A stretch of DNA of 38,680 nt from assembly GCA_964435355.1 (NCBI GenBank), contig CAYSYL010000002.1:1-38680 (forward strand). The letters are read 5' to 3'. A program made the position numbers and the translations under genes. Under the pieces are notes generated by a model that was not told the DNA's origin, searched no databases, and was given only the letters and a program-made list of their open reading frames with translations. This document shows, piece after piece, positions 17,027 to 26,862 of the stretch (the first letter of the stretch is position 1; the number at the start of each line of letters is the position of its first letter). Source of the stretch: an uncultured Candidatus Peribacteria bacterium (lineage in GTDB: Bacteria; Patescibacteriota; Gracilibacteria; UBA1369).

Positions 17027-19690
17027 ATGAACTTGTTAAAAACTTTTGCATTGGTTTTGGTGGGTTTTGCTTTTTTTTCATTTGCCCACCCTGTTTTTGT
17101 GTATGCCGATGCGTCTGCCTGTGAAGACATCACCGGGAGCAGTCATAATTTGGGGAATAGTGGAGTTTTTCATTTTGATGCTCCTTACGAACCCGATGCT
17201 CAATATGCCGCCTGCGCTAAAAATCTCGGCAATGGAACCATTCAGCTCCAGGGATGGGTTTGGAATAGCAATCTTCAGTGGGTGAGTCTTTATTGTGGAG
17301 ACGAAGCTAATGATAATGCGCCTCCTTATACTAATTTGGGACTTGATTGTGGTAACCAAAAATATGGCATAACAGTCGATAGTGATGATGGAGAGTTTCA
17401 CGGATTGGCATGGGGAGATAATACGGAATGGATCAGCTTCAATTGTGCGGATGATGGAATCGGTTGTACCGGAACGAATGCCTATAAAGTGAAGGCCTCT
17501 CTTGAACCGGGCTGTATGGGATTAATTTATGGAGACCCGTCGGTTTCTTTACCGGAAGGATGTTCTCCTCATACCTATAACGAAAGCTCGGCCTGGAGCG
17601 ACAGTGTTCACTGGTTTGATTTAACCGGAGTTATTTTGCCCTTTAGTACAATCCTGGTACCGCCGACACCTCCATTGGATGCCCAGGTAGAGGTAAAAAC
17701 TATGCCTGAAGCTTTACAAGTTACTATTATTGATACGGCTACTGGAAATTATGTTGTTGACGATTCTCATCCTTACCAGGTGACTCTTACGCCGGTTTGG
17801 GCTGCTGATACCGTTAAAATGGATCAAACCCTTCCTCCCAATGCACCGGGGGGTACGGGAAATTTTGTTGATAATAATAACGGAGCGGTAACGAAGCCCT
17901 TGAGTGATGAAGATTTTACTTTTGGTGGATCTTTCTATTCGGCAAGCGTTACTTCAAAAGCTCCTACAAGTAATGCGAACTATTATATGGATTATAACGA
18001 ACCGGCTTTTTATAATGAAATTTTCATTCTTCCACCTCCCGGATTTACTCCGGTTCAACCGAACCAATTGATACTTAGCGGCGTGAAGGTAGCTATAAAA
18101 AATATGGAGACAGGGGATTGTGTCTTGCCTCAGGCTTCCGGGCCATGTCCTGATGGGGTTTTGTACCCTCCCGTCAATGGAAATGAGTACACCTTTTTGC
18201 CCCTTATAAATTTTTCACAATTTGATGCCCCTGGGTCTAAGAATTATATTAATTTAGTGGCTGGCACTTCTGCTCCGTTTCCTTTTACACCCACGTGTAT
18301 GGCGCCTGATCCGGCTATTTGCAATGCCGCTACCGTGGATTTTTCCCTTTCGGCTGATGCTCCTTTTGTATTGGTTAAGCCGCAAGGTGATAATGGCGCC
18401 ACTGTTGATGACCCTCAAAACTTTTCTCTTTCTTATTCAACTTTTAATCCTATTGGCGATTCTTTTCAATTGGCCGCTGTGTGCTCTCAAGAGGCCTGCC
18501 AAGGGTACGGAAACAATCTTTCGGTTTATACGACGGTATCGTACCCTGTCGGAGGGCAGACTGTTAAGTATTTTTCGGCCAAACTCCCACGCGTTCCTGG
18601 GACTCTTGTTCTTAATCCCGCTATTTCCGTCAAAGGAAATGTTTATTCAACCGGCATTACCAATCCGAATACCGATATAACGGCTGTTAAATCTTTAGGG
18701 GATGTTAGTACGAACATTTATCGTGACGTCATTTTCCGCAATGTTTCCAATATTATCGCGGGAGTTATGACTCCAGCATCTCAAACGGTTACTCTTTCCA
18801 CTGACATTAACGGGAAAGGGTTTAAAGGAGGTGGGGTTGGTTTATTGAAAGAAGATGATGGTACTCCCCGGGTTTATTATTTTCGAGGAGATGTCGTCTT
18901 AGATGATCAAGATAATGATCCCGAAACCGATATTACCTGGAAAGGGGAACGGACCATTATCGTGGTGGGAGGCAATGTTTATATTAACAGCAGTTTATAT
19001 AATCCTTCCGGGGTCGCCCCTAAACCAAAATTGGGAATTATTGTTCTCAAAGATTCCAGCGCTTCTCCTGCTTCCCAGGTTTCCAAAGGGAATGTCTATA
19101 TTGGTCCTAAGGTTCGTAATATCCAGGCAAATATTTTTGCCGATGGAAGCGTCTTCCCTTACAATCAAGTCAGTAACGATGTGTCGATTAATCCTAACGG
19201 TGAGCCATATTTCGAAGGCGAATCGGATCGTGAGATATATCTTCAAAATCAGTTGTATATCGAGGGATCTATCGCTTCATGGAATACTATCGGAGGATCT
19301 TCGGCGCAGCCTGCCCCTTTGCTTGGGAATGGAAAAACTGAAAGTCCTGTTGCCGGGGCTTATGGATCGGCTCCTTACGGCCGATCACGGGCGCGTTTGT
19401 ATGATTTGAATTTCTTACGATATTTCGGACTTGCCTTTCAACGAGTGGACGGTAACCCCGTAGATCAGCAAAATGATCCTCCCGGCAGTCCGAATTATTT
19501 AGAGTCCCGTTATGTTTTGCAGGAGGTAAATGGGCATGGTGGTGATCTTGTTTTGAATCAAGCGGGTGCCGCTAAAGGTCTATCTCCTAATGATTTTAAT
19601 GCCGTTTACATTACATCGGATCCGCCGACTCCAACATTGCCAGGATTTGCCACTCAACCCGGATTTAATTTGCAACAAAGACCGCAATAA
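17027..19690 (+). CDS. Large secreted protein (887 aa), unknown function, with N-terminal GW.W..N..W[IV]S[FL] repeats
   Basis: Signal peptide. Repeats LQGWVWNSNLQWVSLYC and FHGLAWGDNTEWISFNC. Long Pro/Gly/Asn-rich beta-type sequence. Confidence 0.7.
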   Translation: MNLLKTFALVLVGFAFFSFAHPVFVYADASACEDITGSSHNLGNSGVFHFDAPYEPDAQYAACAKNLGNGTIQLQGWVWNSNLQWVSLYCGDEANDNAPPYTNLGLDCGNQKYGITVDSDDGEFHGLAWGDNTEWISFNCADDGIGCTGTNAYKVKASLEPGCMGLIYGDPSVSLPEGCSPHTYNESSAWSDSVHWFDLTGVILPFSTILVPPTPPLDAQVEVKTMPEALQVTIIDTATGNYVVDDSHPYQVTLTPVWAADTVKMDQTLPPNAPGGTGNFVDNNNGAVTKPLSDEDFTFGGSFYSASVTSKAPTSNANYYMDYNEPAFYNEIFILPPPGFTPVQPNQLILSGVKVAIKNMETGDCVLPQASGPCPDGVLYPPVNGNEYTFLPLINFSQFDAPGSKNYINLVAGTSAPFPFTPTCMAPDPAICNAATVDFSLSADAPFVLVKPQGDNGATVDDPQNFSLSYSTFNPIGDSFQLAAVCSQEACQGYGNNLSVYTTVSYPVGGQTVKYFSAKLPRVPGTLVLNPAISVKGNVYSTGITNPNTDITAVKSLGDVSTNIYRDVIFRNVSNIIAGVMTPASQTVTLSTDINGKGFKGGGVGLLKEDDGTPRVYYFRGDVVLDDQDNDPETDITWKGERTIIVVGGNVYINSSLYNPSGVAPKPKLGIIVLKDSSASPASQVSKGNVYIGPKVRNIQANIFADGSVFPYNQVSNDVSINPNGEPYFEGESDREIYLQNQLYIEGSIASWNTIGGSSAQPAPLLGNGKTESPVAGAYGSAPYGRSRARLYDLNFLRYFGLAFQRVDGNPVDQQNDPPGSPNYLESRYVLQEVNGHGGDLVLNQAGAAKGLSPNDFNAVYITSDPPTPTLPGFATQPGFNLQQRPQ

Positions 19691-19700
19691 GGTTTTAAGG

Positions 19701-19742
19701 AAAAAAAGTCCCTCCGGCTTAATATGACCTGAGGGACTTTTT
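19701..19742. terminator. Bidirectional rho-independent terminator between convergent genes
   Basis: AAAAAAAGTCCCTC-(16 nt)-GAGGGACTTTTT: a GC-containing stem flanked by an A-run and a T-run. It sits between the stops at 19690 (+) and 19776 (-). Confidence 0.7.
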
Positions 19743-19775
19743 AATGGGTAAATTTTATATTTTTTATTTGGTGGT

Positions 19776-21191
19776 TTATTCCTTATACCATTCCAAATTT
19801 ACTTCCGGATATTTTTTAAGTTCTTTTACCATTATTTTCTGGATAGCCTGAAGCTGTTTCTTGTCCGGAGCTTCAAAGCGCAATGTTAGATTAGGACTGG
19901 TGTTTGAGCAGCGGATGGCTCCCCACGACTTATCGTCAAAATTTACCCGAACGCCATCGATCGTGATGCAGCGATGGGTTCTGGTGAAGCGTTCCGTGAG
20001 CGCTTTAACGATTTGAAATTTTTTTTCATCCGGACAAAATGCTTTGAATTCGGGAGTTGTTTCCATTTGAGGGAGGTCCTTGAAATGTTCCGAAAATTTT
20101 CGTTCTGATTGGGAAAGAATATCTAAAATCTTGCAGGCGGCGAAGAATGCGTCATCGAAGCCATAATAGTTATAATACTGTTTCCCAAAGAACATGTGCC
20201 CACTGATTTCTCCGGCAAGAGGAGCATCGATTTCCCGCATTTTTGTTTCGATGAAAGAATGGCCTGTTTTACTCATGATTGGCATCCCCCCCATTTCCGT
20301 AATTTCATTAATCAATATTTGAGAAACTTTGACATCAAAAACTATTTGGCTTTGGGGTTTGTGGGTGAGAAGATCACGGGCTAGTAGCAGTAATAAATAA
20401 TCAGCGGAATAATGTTTTCCATTCTCATCCACGATTCCAACTCTGTCTCCATCACCATCGAATCCGATTCCCAGATCCGCGTTGTTTTTTCTGACGGTTT
20501 CAGCTAAATCCAGCATATTTTTTTCTTCTTCCGGATTTGCTTCATGGTGGGGATAGTTGCCGTCTAATTCACAATAAAGTTCGATTACTTCGCACCCTAT
20601 GGCGCGTAAAAGTCGTGGTGCAAATTTTCCGGCGACGCCATTGCCGGTATCGACGACTATTTTGAATGGTCGTTTAAGTTTTATTCGACTTTGAACATCT
20701 TTTAAATAATCGTCGAAGTTGTCTTCTTTCATTTTGAGTGTCGCAATGCCGATTTCGAAATCCTCGTCCTGGATGAGTTTTAAAATTTCCTGCAATTCAT
20801 CCCCGCATATTGAATGGGCCATTTTTCCCACTATTTTTACCCCGTTATACTCTTTGGGATTGTGACTGGCCGTTATGTTTACTCCACTATCCATTTCATA
20901 ACGGGATACGGCATAGTACAGGAGTGGGGAGGTGGAGAGGCCTATATCGACAACATCTATCCCTGTTGAAAGAATTCCCTCAATAAAAGCTTTTTGTAAC
21001 GTTTCACTGTGCAGTCGATTGTCTCGCCCGATCATCATGTTTTTGGTTCCGTACTTTCTTTTCAGATGGGTACCCGTTCCTTTTCCAATGAGTTTGATGG
21101 TTTCCGGTGTGAGATCAGATTTTTTATCATTTTCTTCTGAGGCGATGCCTCGAATGTCGTAGGCACGGAATATGAGGGGGTTGATTTTCAT
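19776..21191 (-). CDS. Phosphomannomutase/phosphoglucomutase (alpha-D-phosphohexomutase)
   Basis: Active-site TASHNPKEYNGVK, Mg-binding GFDGDGDR and N-terminal IFRAYDIRG. ATG at 21191 is preferred over the TTG at 21200 used by the track. Confidence 0.9.
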   Translation of the reverse strand: MKINPLIFRAYDIRGIASEENDKKSDLTPETIKLIGKGTGTHLKRKYGTKNMMIGRDNRLHSETLQKAFIEGILSTGIDVVDIGLSTSPLLYYAVSRYEMDSGVNITASHNPKEYNGVKIVGKMAHSICGDELQEILKLIQDEDFEIGIATLKMKEDNFDDYLKDVQSRIKLKRPFKIVVDTGNGVAGKFAPRLLRAIGCEVIELYCELDGNYPHHEANPEEEKNMLDLAETVRKNNADLGIGFDGDGDRVGIVDENGKHYSADYLLLLLARDLLTHKPQSQIVFDVKVSQILINEITEMGGMPIMSKTGHSFIETKMREIDAPLAGEISGHMFFGKQYYNYYGFDDAFFAACKILDILSQSERKFSEHFKDLPQMETTPEFKAFCPDEKKFQIVKALTERFTRTHRCITIDGVRVNFDDKSWGAIRCSNTSPNLTLRFEAPDKKQLQAIQKIMVKELKKYPEVNLEWYKE

Positions 21192-21444
21192 GTGGAACAA
21201 TAAAAGAAGCCACTATTTTATGCTTTAACAGTGGCCAGAGTACCAAAAATATCCTTATTTGACAAGTGTTAAATTCAGTACATAATCGATTTCCGTTTTG
21301 ATATTTATTCAGCTCAATATTGTGCTGAAATTCTGAAGTGGTGGTTTATAAAAATGGTGATCAGTGAGCTTTAGCCTTTTATTATTAGAGCCATCAAGTT
21401 TATGGTGACAGTCCGATTTCCTTGAGTTTCTTATAGCGTATAGG

Positions 21445-22155
21445 TTATTCGATGTTAAGGCGACGGAAGGCATGGGCCGCATCCCTTTTGGTGACTGAAG
21501 TTTCTGGTTGGAATTTATTCGATATTTTTATGAAAGGATCCGGAAGGAGGTTTTGTTTGGCATTTAAGTTTGCTCCGGCGGTAAACCAAGTTTGGGTTGG
21601 GACATCGGTGTAGGAGGAGTAAGTATCTTGCGAAGTACAATCATTTCCCAGGAGCCGGCAGACCATGGTAACAAATTGGGCTCTGTTCGTTATATCTTCA
21701 GGTCCAAAATGGCCGGGAGCCGGTGGACCTTTATATCCGGTGATCATTTTTTCTTGTACGCCGGCGCACACCACTTGTCCTACTTTTGCCACCGTTCCTT
21801 CTTCTGTTAATGCTTTTACGTCAGGGAAGGGGTCTTGGCCGTTACAATAATCTTGGCTATTGTGAAACTTTCCAAACTTTTTCAAGACCGCTTCAGCGGT
21901 AGTGGCACGGTCTATTTTATTCTCCGGATGGAATTTCCCATCCTCTTCAAGCAACAAGATGTTATTTCTTGTCACATCTTGAATTGCTTTGCAGTCAGGA
22001 TCGGAGTTGGTTATATCTGGAATCCCTTCACAGATATCCGGAAAAAAGGATACGTCCGGTTTTTTGGTAAAATCGGTTTGTGAACCACCGCAATCTGTTA
22101 GCGCGATGGCTCCGACGACTCCTACCATTCTTAATGCTGGAGGAAAATTTTTCAT
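21445..22155 (-). CDS. Putative lipoprotein with degenerate SLH-like repeats
   Basis: Signal peptide with LTDC lipobox. Segments FPDVKAL...ITGYKG..GHFGPEDITNRAQFVTMVCRLL and DGKFHPENKIDRATTAEAVLK resemble SLH modules. Confidence 0.55.
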   Translation of the reverse strand: MKNFPPALRMVGVVGAIALTDCGGSQTDFTKKPDVSFFPDICEGIPDITNSDPDCKAIQDVTRNNILLLEEDGKFHPENKIDRATTAEAVLKKFGKFHNSQDYCNGQDPFPDVKALTEEGTVAKVGQVVCAGVQEKMITGYKGPPAPGHFGPEDITNRAQFVTMVCRLLGNDCTSQDTYSSYTDVPTQTWFTAGANLNAKQNLLPDPFIKISNKFQPETSVTKRDAAHAFRRLNIE

Positions 22156-22334
22156 AGTGAAAATTTAAAATATAAATAAAAAGTGAAAGCTTATTCCTAA
22201 TGATATTTAAACTATCCCAATTAATGATCGAGCGCGAAAAAAAATATGGAAGAATAAAAATAGTTCTTCACTTAGCAGCATTAGCTTGCCGGCGATTCAT
22301 GTCTCAATAAATGTCGAAATTTTCTCTCCATTGA

Positions 22335-22862
22335 TTATTTCTCCGCTTCCTGGATGGCTTTCAAACGGTTGAGGCCGTCCCATTTTTTAATAAGAAGGGC
22401 GACACTTTTTGGAACAAGGGTTTCCCAAGCTTGATCTTGCAACATTTTTTCACGGATGCGGGTGCCGGAAATTTTCAGCTCTTTTTCCACCTCAATGACA
22501 GGGTGAGGAGTTTTTGAGCTTTGATTATGAATTTGAAAGAGATATTTTACCGTTTCCGATCCTGTGTAGATTTTTTCAAATGGCGGGATGTAAAGCTCCA
22601 AATGTTGTATCCAGAGGGCAAAATTATCGATGTTGCGAATAGTGACGATATCGTATTTTTCACGGGCGATTTTTTGATTATCAAGAGCCGCTTCTATCAT
22701 TTGAAATCTTTCGCTACAGGTAAAAGGATTGTCTGGCCGAAAGTTCGCTTCGCTACTTCCTATGCCTATAAAAAGTCGATCATTTTCTTTTACCGCTTTA
22801 GTAATGACGGAAAGGTGTCCCAAGTGGAAAGGTTGAAATCGGCCGATAAAAAGTGCATTCAT
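22335..22862 (-). CDS. Nicotinamide/nicotinate-nucleotide adenylyltransferase (archaeal-type NMNAT, cytidylyltransferase fold)
   Basis: N-terminal FIGRFQPFHLGHL (HxGH motif) and a C-terminal ISGTRIR-type motif. It lies directly downstream of nadE with a 1-nt gap. Confidence 0.75.
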   Translation of the reverse strand: MNALFIGRFQPFHLGHLSVITKAVKENDRLFIGIGSSEANFRPDNPFTCSERFQMIEAALDNQKIAREKYDIVTIRNIDNFALWIQHLELYIPPFEKIYTGSETVKYLFQIHNQSSKTPHPVIEVEKELKISGTRIREKMLQDQAWETLVPKSVALLIKKWDGLNRLKAIQEAEK

Positions 22863-22863
22863 G

Positions 22864-23613
22864 TTAGCGTCTTATTTTTAAAATGGGAGGAGTTTGGCTT
22901 TTGTGCTTATTATTTTCAACTCTTTTGAAAATCGCATGGACGAGCGGAGCATTAATTCCCCTTTCAAGTAAACCTTCTCTTCCAAGATCCAGGCGTTTTA
23001 AAATTGGGTCCAATTCGCTGTAGCTGGCTCCCAGTTCACTTTCGTCGGTTTGTCCGGGGTAGAGTTCGGCCGTCGGAGCTTTTTCAATGATTTCACGTGG
23101 TAAGCCAACGTAATCGGCCAGGGCAAACACTTCATCTTTGTATAAATCTCCCAATACTTCAATGTCGGCAGCAAAATCGCCGTATTTTGTTCCATATCCC
23201 AGAAGCATTTCACTTCGGTTGGATGTTCCAAGCACCAGGGCGTTTTCACTGTTGGCATAATGATATAAAAGTACCATCCGAATTCTTGCTTTGAGGTTTT
23301 GTCTTGCAAGAGTACTCGGTTTCCAGGGGAGATGTCCGAAACTTACGAGTAAAGGATTGAGTGGAACTGAGTAGAAAGTTACTCCGCAGGCTTCGCTTAG
23401 TTTTTTTGCGTGGAGTATGTTTTTATGGGAAGAAACTCCTGCTTCGGGCATGGAAATGGCAGTAATTTTATCAGCTCCCAGAGCATCAACGGCTAATTTT
23501 AGGGTTAATGATGAGTCCACGCCTCCACTGACTCCGAGGGTTGCCCGCAAAAGGCCACTTTTTTTGAAGTATTTTTGCAGTCCTTTCACGAGTTGTTCAT
23601 ATATTTCCTGCAT
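22864..23613 (-). CDS. nadE: NH3-dependent NAD+ synthetase
   Basis: PP-loop LGVSGGVDSS, plus GTSNRSEMLLGYGTKYGD and DYVGLPREIIEKAPTAEL, typical of NadE. Confidence 0.85.
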   Translation of the reverse strand: MQEIYEQLVKGLQKYFKKSGLLRATLGVSGGVDSSLTLKLAVDALGADKITAISMPEAGVSSHKNILHAKKLSEACGVTFYSVPLNPLLVSFGHLPWKPSTLARQNLKARIRMVLLYHYANSENALVLGTSNRSEMLLGYGTKYGDFAADIEVLGDLYKDEVFALADYVGLPREIIEKAPTAELYPGQTDESELGASYSELDPILKRLDLGREGLLERGINAPLVHAIFKRVENNKHKSQTPPILKIRR

Positions 23614-23642
23614 GGTTTTTAAAAACAGCTTTTTTTAAAAAT

Positions 23643-24083
23643 TTAATATTTTTTCAGACTTCGTTTTATTTCCAGATTTTGCGCTTTCTTTTTGAGTTCT
23701 TCCCTTCGATCATATTTTTTCTTGCCGCGACATAGGGCGATAGTCACTTTAATCCGATTATGGCTTACATGAAAATCTAAAGGAACAGCGGTGATTCCTT
23801 TTGTTTCCAATACCTCTTTTAGGTGGAAAATTTCTTTTTCATGAAGAAGGAGTTTACGTTTTTGTGTGGGGTTGTAATCTTTTTGTGGTGCTTGTTTATA
23901 AGGAGAAATATGAATGTTGCGGGTAAAGACTTCGTTTTTATCACTGATTTCGACAAAGCTTCCTTTAAGGTTTATTTGACCTCCTCGCGCTGATTTCACT
24001 TCTGCTCCGGACAAAACGATGCCAGCCTCGAATTTTTCGAGGATTTCATATTCTGCAAAAGCTTTGCGATTTTGGGCAAGCAC
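23643..24083 (-). CDS. smpB: SsrA-binding protein SmpB
   Basis: NRKAFAEYEILEKFEAGIVLSGAEVKS ... RKLLLHEKEI ... C-terminal basic tail. GTG start. Confidence 0.9.
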   Translation of the reverse strand: MLAQNRKAFAEYEILEKFEAGIVLSGAEVKSARGGQINLKGSFVEISDKNEVFTRNIHISPYKQAPQKDYNPTQKRKLLLHEKEIFHLKEVLETKGITAVPLDFHVSHNRIKVTIALCRGKKKYDRREELKKKAQNLEIKRSLKKY

Positions 24084-24092
24084 GGAGAGATT

Positions 24093-25388
24093 TTAGGGAG
24101 TGATCCGATAAATGGTTCGTGGAAATGGAATGGTGGCTCGAATATGTTCAAGACCGCAGATCCAAGAGACGACTCTTTCCAGACCGAGTCCAAAGCCGCT
24201 GTGCGGTACGGATCCATATTTTCGCAAATCCAGGTACCATTGGAAAAATTCTACCGGCAAATTATGCTCTTTGATTCTTTGGAGGAGGGTGTCGTAGTCG
24301 TCTTCACGCTGGCTACCTCCAATGATTTCTCCATACCCTTCAGGAGCGAGAAGATCCACACAGAGAGCTTTTTCCACATCCTTCGGGTCACGTTTCATGT
24401 AGAATGCCTTAACTTTGGCCGGGTATTTCTCCACGAAAATCGGTTTATCGTATTTTTTTGTGAGGAGCGTTTCGTCATCTCCTCCCAGATCGTCATCTTC
24501 TTTGATATCGGAACCCATTTCGCGGAGTTCTTTTACCACTTCTGCATGTGTTTTTCGGATAAAAGGTGGGACTATTTTTTTGAGCGGTTCAATGTTTCTT
24601 TCAAGTACCATGAGATCCTGCGTATTTTTTTCCAGCACTTTTTTGACAATGTGAGTCAGAAGCTCTTCTTCAATTCGGATGTTGTCTTCGTGTTCGGCAA
24701 AAGCGGTTTCGACATCGAGCATCCAAAATTCCGTCAGATGACGTCTGGTTTTGGATTTCTCTGCTCGGAAAACCGGCCCGAAGTCGAAACATTTTCCCAC
24801 GCCGAAGATGGCCGCTTCGATGTAGAGTTGTCCCGACTGGCTTAAATAAGCTTTTCCCAAATCGAAGTATTCCATTTCGAAAAGTTCGGTCGTTCCTTCG
24901 CAAGCATTGGGAGTTAAAATCGGGGAGTCGATTTTTATGTACCCTTCATTATTGAGGTATTCATAGATCGCATTAATGATGGTATTTCGAACGCGCTGTA
25001 TGGAGGCCTGTTTGCCTGATCGTAGCCAAAGGTGCCTATTATCCAATAAAAAGTCGACGCCGTGATCTTTTTTTGAAATCGGATACTCTTCAGTGACGAG
25101 TTGAACGATTTCGATATTTTCGACATGAAGTTCGTAGGTGTTTTCGATTTTTGGATGTTTACTTACCATACCGGTTACTTTCAATGACGATTCCATTGTC
25201 AATTTTTCAGCTTTTGCCAATGTGTCAGCATCGACGCTTGAAGCTTCAACAATGGCCTGAACGGTTCCGCTTCCGTCACGAATTTGGAGAAAATAAATTT
25301 TCCCGCTTCCGCGTTTATTGAACATCCAGCCTCGGACTTGGACTTTTTGATGTACGAATTCTTTTAATGAGGAAATAGAGGTTATCAT
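24093..25388 (-). CDS. asnS: Asparagine--tRNA ligase
   Basis: OB-fold start VQVRGWMFNKRGSGKIYFLQIRDGSG. Class II motifs FRAEKSKTRRHLTEFWMLDVE and GFGLGLERVVSWICGLEHIRATIPFPR. Trimmed to ATG 25388 (MITSISSLKEF...). Confidence 0.85.
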   Translation of the reverse strand: MITSISSLKEFVHQKVQVRGWMFNKRGSGKIYFLQIRDGSGTVQAIVEASSVDADTLAKAEKLTMESSLKVTGMVSKHPKIENTYELHVENIEIVQLVTEEYPISKKDHGVDFLLDNRHLWLRSGKQASIQRVRNTIINAIYEYLNNEGYIKIDSPILTPNACEGTTELFEMEYFDLGKAYLSQSGQLYIEAAIFGVGKCFDFGPVFRAEKSKTRRHLTEFWMLDVETAFAEHEDNIRIEEELLTHIVKKVLEKNTQDLMVLERNIEPLKKIVPPFIRKTHAEVVKELREMGSDIKEDDDLGGDDETLLTKKYDKPIFVEKYPAKVKAFYMKRDPKDVEKALCVDLLAPEGYGEIIGGSQREDDYDTLLQRIKEHNLPVEFFQWYLDLRKYGSVPHSGFGLGLERVVSWICGLEHIRATIPFPRTIYRITP

Positions 25389-25505
25389 ATATCTACAAAA
25401 TTCAGGAATACGTGTGATACGATAGTGAAATAGCAAAAGAGTCGCAAGCAGGGCCAAAAATACTTACTTGCCTCAAGTGCCATATGATGTCGAAATTACC
25501 GGTCT

Positions 25506-26090
25506 TTATTTTCTGGATTTTTTCAGCAATTTTTTGAGCTTTAAAACCGGTAGCCCTATTACATTGTCATAATCGCCTTCGATTTTTTCTACCATTTTCC
25601 CTCCCACTCCTTCGATTCCGAAGCCTCCGGACATTTTTAAAACATGTTCTTGATTCAGGAGAAGCTGAATATCTTCTTCCATCAGTTTTTTAATTTTAAG
25701 ACGTGTTACTTCGTGTGCACTCGAACAGCTTTTAATCCCGCCTTTTTCATCGGTCTGAATGACGGCGATTCCACTTATGACCTCGATCCATTGATTGCTC
25801 ATTTTTTCCATTATTTTACGGGCCTGTGGTAAGGAGGAAGGTTTTCCAATTTTTTCATCATGCAATGCAATGAAAGTATCAGCCCCAACGATGATGGAAG
25901 AAGAGAATTGAGGAGCGATATATTCCGCTTTTCCTCTTGCCAAAAATTCCGCGAGTTCCCCGTTTTCTTTTTTTGCCCCCATGTCTTCTTCGTACCCACT
26001 TGGATATATTTCAAACGGTATTGGCAACTTTTTTATGAGTTCTTTTCTTCCGATGGAACCGGAGGCCAGGATGTATCGTAAGGATGGCAT
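25506..26090 (-). CDS. maf: Maf-like nucleoside triphosphate pyrophosphatase
   Basis: ILASGSIGRKELIKK, GADT, and a C-terminal GGFGIEG...IEGDYDNVIGLP pattern typical of Maf/YhdE. Confidence 0.8.
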   Translation of the reverse strand: MPSLRYILASGSIGRKELIKKLPIPFEIYPSGYEEDMGAKKENGELAEFLARGKAEYIAPQFSSSIIVGADTFIALHDEKIGKPSSLPQARKIMEKMSNQWIEVISGIAVIQTDEKGGIKSCSSAHEVTRLKIKKLMEEDIQLLLNQEHVLKMSGGFGIEGVGGKMVEKIEGDYDNVIGLPVLKLKKLLKKSRK

Positions 26091-26134
26091 AATTTTTCGT
26101 TTGGCGACTTTAATCCATTATTGACTAACTTTCG

Positions 26135-26812
26135 TTGGTGCTATTAGATAAGTATCTCTTTCATTTTTTCATGCGACTCATGCGACCGTACCTTAAATAT
26201 ATCTTTCAACTTGCGTTGCGTCAAAAACGACTTTTTGTCCAATTGATCCTCTTTGTTGTCGCTGATACGGTATTACGACTTTCCCAGCCATATTTTCAAA
26301 AAATAATTGTCGATACATTGACGAATGGCTTTGTGGCTCACAGCCTTTCTGCGAATCAGATCTAATTATTGGTCATTAATCTTTCTATCTGGTTTTTCCG
26401 TTATGTTGGTGATCGCTTTTACCATGTGTTGGGAAATGATGCACAGTCTGATAATTATGACACCCTTATTGGTGAAAGAGGGGTCCGGCTCTCTGGCGGT
26501 GAGAAGCAACGTTTAGCTATTGCACGGGCTATTTTAAAGAATCCGGTGTTGGTAGTTTTGGATGAGCCTACGAGTGCCCTTGATAGTATTACTGAGATGA
26601 AAGTTCAAAAAGGGCTGGAAATTTTGATGGAAGGGCGTTCCACCATCACTATCGCCCACCGGCTTTCTACCGTTCGCAGTGCTGATAAAATTCTCGTTGT
26701 GAGTGGAGGTAAATTAGTAGCTATGGGGTCTCACTTGGAGCTTTTAAAAAATTGCAAGGAGTATGCCGAGATGGTAGAGCTTCAAACGGGTGGCTTTTTA
26801 GCTGATGAGTAA
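26135..26812 (+). pseudogene. Remnant of an ABC exporter (MsbA-like permease/ATPase fusion): N-terminal ~75 aa plus C-terminal ~130 aa, with in-frame TAA and a large internal deletion
   Basis: ORFs 26135-26365 and 26369-26812 are in the same frame, separated by TAA (26363-26365). The first encodes a TMD N-terminus (MRPYLKYIFQLAL...PYFQKIIVD). The second jumps from TM-like LSIWFFRYVGDRFYHVLG directly to YDTLIGERGVRLSGGEKQRLAIARA...VLDEPTSALD...IAHRLST. Walker A and most of the TMD are missing. Confidence 0.7.
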
Positions 26813-26862
26813 TCGTCGGTTTTATATACCAACGTCTAATCTGCTGGTGGTTTTCACCCTCA

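Noticed and set aside
21209-21236. Hairpin GCCACT-N15-AGTGGC as terminator of gene 21445..22155
   Set aside because: The stem is only 6 bp and lies about 10 nt upstream of the PMM start codon and more than 200 nt from the upstream stop. This is insufficient to call a terminator.
24072-24845. 257-aa plus-strand ORF antisense to asnS
   Set aside because: It lies entirely inside the well-supported asnS gene on the opposite strand and has no motifs. This is a typical antisense shadow ORF. The same reasoning applies to 10526..10879, 11341..11718, 15344..15646, 17078..17401, 18324..18680, 18903..19409, 22521..22928, 22998..23309 and the other short internal ORFs in the track.
25389-25505. Possible T-box/leader upstream of asnS
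   Set aside because: The gap is only about 115 nt, too short for a T-box, and I could not identify a specifier loop or the conserved T-box sequence.
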